A stretch of DNA of 17,965 nt from Candidatus Aenigmatarchaeota archaeon (lineage in GTDB: Archaea; Aenigmatarchaeota; Aenigmatarchaeia; GW2011-AR5): positions 1 to 17,965 of the forward strand of contig JACQID010000005.1 of the NCBI GenBank assembly GCA_016198685.1, read 5' to 3'. Of the stretch, positions 8,366 through 14,650 are shown piece after piece (positions within the stretch are counted from its first letter, which is position 1; every line of letters starts with the position of its first letter). Made by a program: the position numbers and the translations under genes. The notes beneath the pieces were generated by a model. That model had not been told where the DNA came from and did no database searches. It saw only the letters and a list, made by a program, of their open reading frames with translations.

Positions 8366-8940
8366 TCATCTCCTCCTGATGTGTATGCATAGTGCATGGT
8401 TTCAAGCGGGTCTGCCTTTGAGGCGATCGCCGCCGCTGCGTAATCCTTGGCAAAATCAATGAGCGGAGCCATTCCATCATTCTTGTGGTTCTGCACAAAA
8501 TTCCTGAATATCTTTGCGTCCTCGGATTCAGGATGAGTATAAGACAAAACGGCCCTGTTGAACAGAACGTTAAGGCCGACTATTGATTCATCATCCATCT
8601 TGTCAGGATCCTGGCTGGTTATTTCATAGTCAGATATCCTGTCATGATCATAGCCTATTGAGTGGGCGTATTCGTGCCTGCCTATGAGGCTTCTGTATAT
8701 TTCCGGTATCGGCTTTCCGCCAAGCATCTCGGCTATCCAGGTCTTGCCTGTCGCTTTGTCATAGCTGCCTACAGGGAAGTCGAGAAGGCTTTCCGAGCTG
8801 TCTCCGAAGTAGACTCCCGGGTGCTTCTTGTTATGTTCTGCATCGTACTCGGTTATCATTGCCCTTCTCTGTGGACCGCGCATCAAAGGCAGAAGTTCCG
8901 CGTCAAACGGGCTTATCATAGGTCTTTTGTATGGCATCAT
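8362..8940 (-). CDS. Putative zincin metallopeptidase, no signal peptide (192 aa)
   Basis: HEYAHSIGYDH matches HEXXHXXGXXH; upstream GSYDKATGKTWI segment. Confidence 0.75.
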   Translation of the reverse strand: MMPYKRPMISPFDAELLPLMRGPQRRAMITEYDAEHNKKHPGVYFGDSSESLLDFPVGSYDKATGKTWIAEMLGGKPIPEIYRSLIGRHEYAHSIGYDHDRISDYEITSQDPDKMDDESIVGLNVLFNRAVLSYTHPESEDAKIFRNFVQNHKNDGMAPLIDFAKDYAAAAIASKADPLETMHYAYTSGGDE

Positions 8941-8946
8941 TTTTCA

Positions 8947-8990
8947 TCACTATTCAGTTACTATAGTCTTTGCAATATATAAAGATTTCG
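8947..8990 (-). promoter_or_regulatory. BRE-TATA promoter with candidate palindromic operator
   Basis: Minus-strand CGAAAT (8990-8985) then TTTATATA (8983-8976); TCACTATTCAGTTA at 8947-8960. Confidence 0.6.
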
Positions 8991-9011
8991 CTACTATAGA
9001 GTAGTTAAATA

Positions 9012-9506
9012 TTATGCTCCTAAATCCTTGTTTTTCTGCAGTTTAGTACCCTTTTCGCGGTGGTCGCGCAATTTTTTGACTGCAGCTTTTCCGCCCCCGA
9101 TAACTGCGGCTCCTGCGGTGACTATAGGCGCAATGTTGTAGAAGTCCATTCTCTTTTGGGACGGAAATACATCCTGCGGCAATTGCGCTACTGCGGTATT
9201 GGCTTTTTCCCAAACATCATAAAGTCCCGCGCTTCCGATAGCTCCTACTGTAAAAGCCCCTATGTTCTCATACCATTTGAGATCCCTGCCGACAAGCGCT
9301 TTGAGTCCCTGCCTTGCGGTTTCACCCATTCCATAGGAAAGAACTGCCATTGGCGTCACGCTGGCAAGATAATTATCAGGCATATCACGTATCCCAATCC
9401 ATGCAAGGCCGGATGCTGCAAGTGTCAATGCAGGGGTATAGACCGCAGGCTTTCTAATCAATTCGAGCGCATTCTTCGCTGTTTTTCCGATGTAATTCAT
9501 CATCAT
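9012..9506 (-). CDS. Gly/Ala-rich putative membrane protein (164 aa)
   Basis: Hydrophobic small-residue segments IGAFTVGAIGSAGL and IVTAGAAVIGGG; basic C-terminus. Confidence 0.75.
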   Translation of the reverse strand: MMMNYIGKTAKNALELIRKPAVYTPALTLAASGLAWIGIRDMPDNYLASVTPMAVLSYGMGETARQGLKALVGRDLKWYENIGAFTVGAIGSAGLYDVWEKANTAVAQLPQDVFPSQKRMDFYNIAPIVTAGAAVIGGGKAAVKKLRDHREKGTKLQKNKDLGA

Positions 9507-9619
9507 CGCCTTCTTTCTGTTCCGCAGAAACCGCAGAACTTCAGGCCGCGGCTCTCTACGTAGCGGCCCTTGAAGCCGTCTCCGCAGTAGTGTACGTCTC
9601 TGAATATGTTCTTTTTCAT
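9503..9619 (-). CDS. 38-aa Cys/His microprotein, putative zinc finger
   Basis: MKKNIFRDVHYCGDGFKGRYVESRGLKFCGFCGTERRR*. AGGTGA RBS upstream; the stop overlaps the next start (ATGA at 9506-9503). Confidence 0.75.
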   Translation of the reverse strand: MKKNIFRDVHYCGDGFKGRYVESRGLKFCGFCGTERRR

Positions 9620-9641
9620 TTCATTCACCTTTAGTATGATA

Positions 9642-10055
9642 TTACGGATACCTTTGGCGTATCGCTTCTCTTATTCCGTGCCATCCGGCGCCTGCAATGA
9701 TTCCGGCGGCTACAGGCGGCACTCCGAGAGCAAATCTAGTGTCCGGGATAAGATTGTTTGCTATTTCCCCAAGAGAATAGCCTCCAACTCCGGCAATTAT
9801 TGCGCCTATGGCAGGAATTCCTTCTTTCGGGTTATCCTTTGCAAATCTGCAGAGTTCTTTAGCGTAAAAGCCTGAGGTACCTAGCACAGCGGCGTTGACA
9901 TAAGGCGCGGTGCCGTCTGCAAGGCAACCGATTCCAAGACCTATTATGCTGAGACCTGCAGCAGGTCCGGCCCGGGATTTATGCTCCCATAGATAGCTGG
10001 CAGTAGGTTTTAGGACATGCTGATAAGCATTTTTTGCGAGGACTTTGATATTCAT
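9642..10055 (-). CDS. Glycine-zipper-like membrane protein (137 aa)
   Basis: AGLSIIGLGIG, AIGAIIAGVGGYSLG and AAGIIAGAGWHG. TTTATATA 23 bp upstream, consistent with a leaderless transcript. Confidence 0.78.
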   Translation of the reverse strand: MNIKVLAKNAYQHVLKPTASYLWEHKSRAGPAAGLSIIGLGIGCLADGTAPYVNAAVLGTSGFYAKELCRFAKDNPKEGIPAIGAIIAGVGGYSLGEIANNLIPDTRFALGVPPVAAGIIAGAGWHGIREAIRQRYP

Positions 10056-10125
10056 GCTATTTACTACTCTTTAATGATATATAAAGCTTACTCCTTCTGA
10101 ATATATATTTAAGGCAATATAAGTC

Positions 10126-10147
10126 TTTAAATATCACTAAATAGTGA
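10126..10147 (+). promoter_or_regulatory. TATA box followed directly by a perfect 14-bp inverted repeat
   Basis: TTTAAATA at 10126-10133; TCACTA-AA-TAGTGA at 10134-10147. Confidence 0.6.
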
Positions 10148-10161
10148 CAAATATATGGTAT

Positions 10162-10320
10162 ATGCCTATGAGAGCGTTCGGAAGGAAATTTACAGTTGAT
10201 AGTGCTGAGGAGATGCAAATGTATGAGAATTCTGGAAAGATGGCATCAAATACTTCCGGGAGAAGAACACGGTTTGTGGACAGGTATTGCAATGAGATTT
10301 GCAACCTGTTCCGGGAATGA
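10162..10320 (+). CDS. Possible 52-aa small protein
   Basis: MPMRAFGRKFTVDSAEEMQMYENSGKMASNTSGRRTRFVDRYCNEICNLFRE*. Fills the intergenic gap about 29 bp downstream of a TATA box. No family recognised. Confidence 0.45.
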   Translation: MPMRAFGRKFTVDSAEEMQMYENSGKMASNTSGRRTRFVDRYCNEICNLFRE

Positions 10321-10385
10321 TTGAGGGATTGCGATAAATTTTTCGAGCCGGCAAATGACTTAAATTCGAGTCCCCAAATAAACCC

Positions 10386-11207
10386 ATGGTCGAAGTAATA
10401 TCCTTATCGTTCATTGAAAGAATCCTAACATTCGTATTCGTATTTTTTGCAACGCTTGTAATAGGCAATGCAGTTCATACTTTTATTATCAGAGAACTTC
10501 AGATCAGGCACATCACGTTCTCAGGATATTATTTCGTTGCAAAGATCCTGCTCTACGGCATATACGCCCTCGGCTTCTTCTACGGGTTCACGGTGGTGCT
10601 CAATTTCAACGTCGCCGAATTCGCGGCAAGCTTCGGCCTCATAAGCCTTGCGATAGCCTTCTCGGCGCAGCAGACCATACAAAATTACATCGCAGGCATC
10701 ATAATAATGGTGGACAGGCCGTTCCGCGAGCGCGATTACGTCGAGCACGCAGGGACGGTATGCAAGGTCATAGACATAGGCCTCCGCAGGACGCGGATGC
10801 GTTCGCTTGACGGCAGGATATTCATCGTCCCGAATTCCGCTTTCGTGACGGGCACGGTAATCAACTACACCGAAGGCGAATATATAAGATGCGTCACTAC
10901 TCTTCCGATTTCGCATGACTCTGAACTTGAAAAAGCCATGGCAATCATAATGGAAGCATGCGTTGAAAACCACGAAATAGTGCCTAGAGTTTCCAAGAAA
11001 ATGTCGGCTCTTGAGGCGCTTCTTACCATACCAAAAGACATGAAGAAGCTTGAGCCGAAGATTTTCATCAAAGAGATAAACAAGGACAGAGTCGTCTTGG
11101 AATTGTGGTTCTGGACAGACGGCATTCGAAGAAGGGAAATCGTAATCTCGCGTGTTCTTGAGGAAGTGAAGAAGCGATTTGAAAAGAACGGCATAAAATT
11201 CGGATGA
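10386..11207 (+). CDS. mscS: Small-conductance mechanosensitive channel (MscS family)
   Basis: Three N-terminal TM segments, then AFSAQQTIQNYIAGIIIMVDRPFRERDYVE...VIDIGLRRTRMRSLDGRIFIVPNS. Confidence 0.93.
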   Translation: MVEVISLSFIERILTFVFVFFATLVIGNAVHTFIIRELQIRHITFSGYYFVAKILLYGIYALGFFYGFTVVLNFNVAEFAASFGLISLAIAFSAQQTIQNYIAGIIIMVDRPFRERDYVEHAGTVCKVIDIGLRRTRMRSLDGRIFIVPNSAFVTGTVINYTEGEYIRCVTTLPISHDSELEKAMAIIMEACVENHEIVPRVSKKMSALEALLTIPKDMKKLEPKIFIKEINKDRVVLELWFWTDGIRRREIVISRVLEEVKKRFEKNGIKFG

Positions 11208-11296
11208 TGTTTTTTGTCTCAGGTTAATGATTTTTGCATTAGCCAAATTGCTTTGTGCGAGAGATAGAAATAAGGTCTAGTTAAGTAGTATTTTTA

Positions 11297-11327
11297 GCAG
11301 GGAAATATTTACATATTATTTCCCTGC
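11297..11327. other. Intergenic inverted repeat (11-bp stem, 9-nt loop)
   Basis: GCAGGGAAATA at 11297-11307 and TATTTCCCTGC at 11317-11327. Confidence 0.7.
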
Positions 11328-11395
11328 ATACAATACTCTGCGATAGCTGCCTTATGTGGGATGAAATAAATTTAAGCGGGCCGCATAATTAAATT

Positions 11396-12481
11396 ATGAA
11401 AGCTGCGATAGTGGCTCTGTTCCTCATTCACGTGTCCTTTGCCTCTGTTATAACGCCGTTTTCTTCTCCGGATAACATGGAAAAAATTGTTGGTGGATTC
11501 CTGCAGGAAAGCGAATCGCCGTTGGTAGCCGTCTATACGTTTACAAATCCTGCCATAGCATGGGCGCTTGCAGGCAAAAATGCGACAATACTGGTCGAGA
11601 AGGCGCCCGCAGGAGGGATTCCTGATCGGTCGATCCTTTGCTTCCTGCAAGACAGCGGCTCGAGAGTTCTCCTTTATGACGGTCCCTATAGATTCATGCA
11701 CGCAAAGTATGCTGTTTCAGGCAACAGATCTTTAATATTATCAGAGAACTTTGGATCTTTCAAGGCGCGCGGCTGGGGAGCAATAATCGAAGATGAGCAT
11801 ATAGCATCCAATCTTACGTCCATGTTCAATGAAGATTCCATGCATGCCGTGCCATTCGTATGCCAAATGAATTATACGTTCCATGAAAGTTCTGTTGCGC
11901 GAGAAACGATGCCTTCATATCATGGCAATGCGACGATAGTCGCAGCGCCAGGAGCTACGCAAGATATTGTGTCCTTTCTTTCATCTGCAAAAGAAAGGCT
12001 ATGGATACAGCAGGCTTACATATACAGGAAATGGAGTCATGGCCAGAATCCGTTCATAGAAGCAATAGAATCCTCTCCTGCCAAAAAGAAAATAATGATG
12101 GACGGCTCATGGTTCAACATTGACAAGAACGACAGGAATAGCAATTATTATACGGATCAATACATGAAATCACTGGGAATTGCATCAAAAATTTCGGATT
12201 TCGAAATTCATAATAAAGGCGTTGTTGCCGATAGTACAGCACTGGTCTCAAGCATAAACTGGAACGAGAATTCGCCCGAAAATAATCGTGAAGTGGGTGT
12301 CCTAGTAACCGGCGAAGCTGCAAAGTATTTTGCCGCGCGTTTCGAGGAAGACTGGCACAAAACGGAAATTCCGTTTTCGGCTTTAGCCGTTTTTATATTC
12401 TCACTTGGCATAGTTAAGCTATGGATTATTCTCCGAAATCGAAAAAAATACTCGGCAAAGCTTCGATCGGCGACAGAGTAG
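11396..12481 (+). CDS. Phospholipase D superfamily protein, secreted with C-terminal membrane anchor
   Basis: Signal peptide MKAAIVALFLIHVSFA; motifs HAKYAVSG...SENF and HNKGVVAD...SSINWN; C-terminal TM followed by RNRKK. Confidence 0.88.
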   Translation: MKAAIVALFLIHVSFASVITPFSSPDNMEKIVGGFLQESESPLVAVYTFTNPAIAWALAGKNATILVEKAPAGGIPDRSILCFLQDSGSRVLLYDGPYRFMHAKYAVSGNRSLILSENFGSFKARGWGAIIEDEHIASNLTSMFNEDSMHAVPFVCQMNYTFHESSVARETMPSYHGNATIVAAPGATQDIVSFLSSAKERLWIQQAYIYRKWSHGQNPFIEAIESSPAKKKIMMDGSWFNIDKNDRNSNYYTDQYMKSLGIASKISDFEIHNKGVVADSTALVSSINWNENSPENNREVGVLVTGEAAKYFAARFEEDWHKTEIPFSALAVFIFSLGIVKLWIILRNRKKYSAKLRSATE

Positions 12482-13740
12482 TCGTGCATACTGACGGAAA
12501 AAAATACGAAGGGCTTCTTATGCCTAAGTATTCGGAAAATCCGGATACCGTGACCCTGAAGTTAGACAGCGGCTATACTATAGGGCTAAAGCCGGATAGA
12601 ATAACGGTAGTGGAGAAGTCTGGCCGCGGCAAGCCACGGTCTTCTGTCAAGCGGTCTCATGATTCTTCCAAGCCGACAATAACTATACTCCATACCGGAG
12701 GCACTATAGCCTCAAAGATAGATTACAAAACCGGAGCGGCTTATCCTGCTATCTCGCCGGAAGAATTGAGCGATGCTGTTCCTGAATTAAGAGAAATTGC
12801 GAACTACAACGCAAAAGTCGTGTTTCAGATGTATTCAGGAGACATGGAGCCTGACCACTGGAAAATACTTGCGGAAAAAGTTTACGATGAGGCAAGAAAT
12901 GGCGTTGACGGCATCATAATCTTGCACGGAACCGATACCATGGCCTATTCGGCAGCTGCGATAGCTTTCATGGTCCAAAAGCTTCCAATACCTGTGCTTT
13001 TCGTAGGCTCCCAGCGTTCTTCAGACAGGGGAAGCGCAGACGGCCCTATGAATATAACGTGCGCGTCAAAGTTCATAGTCAAGAGTGATTTTTCAGGCGT
13101 TGCCATCTGCATGCACGGGACGTCAAGCGATGATTATTGTCTGATCAATCCGGCAGTCAACGTCAAAAAAATGCATACTTCCAGGCGGGACACGTTCCGG
13201 CCTATAGACGTCAAGCCTTATGCAAAGGTCTGGCAGGACGGTAAAATTGAGATGTTAAGAAATGATTATATTGCGAAAGACATGAAGAAAGAACCTGTTT
13301 TAAGGAATGGCATTGAGAGAAAAGTTGCCATAATCAAAATCAGGCCGGGCATAACGCACAAGGAACTCGAATTCTACAAGGATTACAGAGGCATAATAAT
13401 TGAAGGAACGGGGTTGGGCAATGCGCCTGTGACTGTTCTTGACAAATACACCTCTCATCATGCCAAGCTCCTTGATACTATGAAAAAACTGTCAAAGAAA
13501 GGCGTGAAAATGTTCATGGTTTCTCAATGCCCCTACGGCAAGGTAAACATGAACGTTTATGCTTATGGCAGGATGGTGCAGGATGCCGGCATCGTTCCAT
13601 TGTCCATGACATCGGAAGCGGCCTATACCAAGCTTATCTGGGCACTTGGCAACTTTCCAAAGCAGGTCGAAAAGATAATGCTTGAGAACTTTTGCGGTGA
13701 AATTATCGAAAATATAAAGGCCGATACGTTCCTTATTTAG
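12421..13740 (+). CDS. gatD: Glu-tRNA(Gln) amidotransferase subunit D
   Basis: N-terminal GDRV...YEGLLMP domain; asparaginase motifs HTGGTIAS, HGTDTM, GSQRSSDR and KMHTSRRDTF. Confidence 0.96.
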   Translation: MDYSPKSKKILGKASIGDRVVVHTDGKKYEGLLMPKYSENPDTVTLKLDSGYTIGLKPDRITVVEKSGRGKPRSSVKRSHDSSKPTITILHTGGTIASKIDYKTGAAYPAISPEELSDAVPELREIANYNAKVVFQMYSGDMEPDHWKILAEKVYDEARNGVDGIIILHGTDTMAYSAAAIAFMVQKLPIPVLFVGSQRSSDRGSADGPMNITCASKFIVKSDFSGVAICMHGTSSDDYCLINPAVNVKKMHTSRRDTFRPIDVKPYAKVWQDGKIEMLRNDYIAKDMKKEPVLRNGIERKVAIIKIRPGITHKELEFYKDYRGIIIEGTGLGNAPVTVLDKYTSHHAKLLDTMKKLSKKGVKMFMVSQCPYGKVNMNVYAYGRMVQDAGIVPLSMTSEAAYTKLIWALGNFPKQVEKIMLENFCGEIIENIKADTFLI

Positions 13741-13841
13741 TGAACAGAAGAATTATTCCCCTAAAACGACCGTATTCGTTTACCTGGGGTATAATCCATG
13801 AAAACCTTATTTAGTGAACAGAAGAATTATTCCCCTAAAAC
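13731..13841. repeat. Two identical 37-bp direct repeats separated by 37 bp
   Basis: CCTTATTTAGTGAACAGAAGAATTATTCCCCTAAAAC at 13731-13767 and 13805-13841. Confidence 0.97.
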
Positions 13842-14267
13842 TATCATGGTGTTCGTTCTTTCCACTCCTGGGAAATTTTGTATATAGCTCGTTACGAACC
13901 TATCCATCTCGTTCACGTCGCGGGCAGTGACTTTTATTATCATGTCGTTTCCGCCTGTAATGACATCGGCAAGCTGCACATTCTCCTTTTCCCGGCACTG
14001 TCTGGCTATTTCATGCTGCGTTATGCGGTTCTTTTTGAGTTCCTCGTAATTGAATACAATGCCTATGTAGGCCGTTATGGTTTTTCCGATCTTCTGCTCG
14101 TTGAGTTTTACCGTGTATTGCTCTATCACTCCGTCTTCCTCCATCTTCTTGATTCGGTTATATACGGTGGTTGTAGGCATATTGAGCTTCTTTGAGAGCG
14201 CTTGCATGCTAAGGCGGGCATTTCTTTTGAGAACGCTTAGAATATTTTCATCTTTTTTGTCAATCAT
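13827..14267 (-). CDS. Lrp/AsnC family transcriptional regulator
   Basis: IDKKDENILSVLKRNARLSMQALSKKLNMPTTTVYNRIKKMEEDGVI HTH; C-terminal RAM domain ITGGNDMIIKV...PGVERTNTMIVL. ATG 14267 preferred over TTG 14285 (TATA at about 14291-14298). Confidence 0.95.
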   Translation of the reverse strand: MIDKKDENILSVLKRNARLSMQALSKKLNMPTTTVYNRIKKMEEDGVIEQYTVKLNEQKIGKTITAYIGIVFNYEELKKNRITQHEIARQCREKENVQLADVITGGNDMIIKVTARDVNEMDRFVTSYIQNFPGVERTNTMIVLGE

Positions 14268-14397
14268 ACGGAATGTATATTCCAAAAATTATTTAAAAAG
14301 CACTTTAGAATGCCATAACTATTCAGGAAAATCGCAGGATTTTTTTATCTTCCATAAGACTATTATTAAAATGGATCTAAAATATTTATGCAATTTT

Positions 14398-14613
14398 ATG
14401 CAAGAATTCTCGCTTTTCGTACATGAAGACGAGCTTAAAGAAGCGCTTCATGCTGTAAGAAAAACAATAGATGATATGCCTTATCAAAAGGGTCTCTTCT
14501 TCAAATTGCTTCTGCAATTCATGGAACGCCATATAGACTGGAGATTTGCAGAAGAAATGGAAAATGCATTCATTGAAGGCATGGGGAAGCGCAAAATTGT
14601 GGTTAGCGTTTGA
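14398..14613 (+). CDS. Small hypothetical protein (71 aa; 80 aa if started at 14371)
   Basis: MQEFSLFVHEDELKEALHAVRKTIDDMPYQKGLFFKLLLQFMERHIDWRFAEEMENAFIEGMGKRKIVVSV; fills the Lrp-gatE gap. Confidence 0.6.
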   Translation: MQEFSLFVHEDELKEALHAVRKTIDDMPYQKGLFFKLLLQFMERHIDWRFAEEMENAFIEGMGKRKIVVSV

Positions 14614-14650
14614 AAGATAAAGATTTTAACTCCCTTGTATAGGTTGTTTC

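Noticed and set aside
10056-11395. tRNA or other structured RNA gene in the larger intergenic gaps
   Set aside because: No cloverleaf, T-loop consensus or GC-rich stems found by eye; a covariance-model scan would be needed to exclude it.
13731-13841. CRISPR array
   Set aside because: Only two repeats, both overlapping gene stops; the insert resembles the Lrp 3' end; no leader or cas gene. Kept as a finding, not called CRISPR.
13753-13880. Diversity-generating retroelement TR/VR pair
   Set aside because: Differences include indels and non-adenine changes, the homology is very short, and there is no reverse transcriptase.
14077-14397. N-terminal extension of the 178-aa ORF 14077-14613
   Set aside because: Runs antisense through Lrp and its promoter; only the part from ATG 14371/14398 is plausible.
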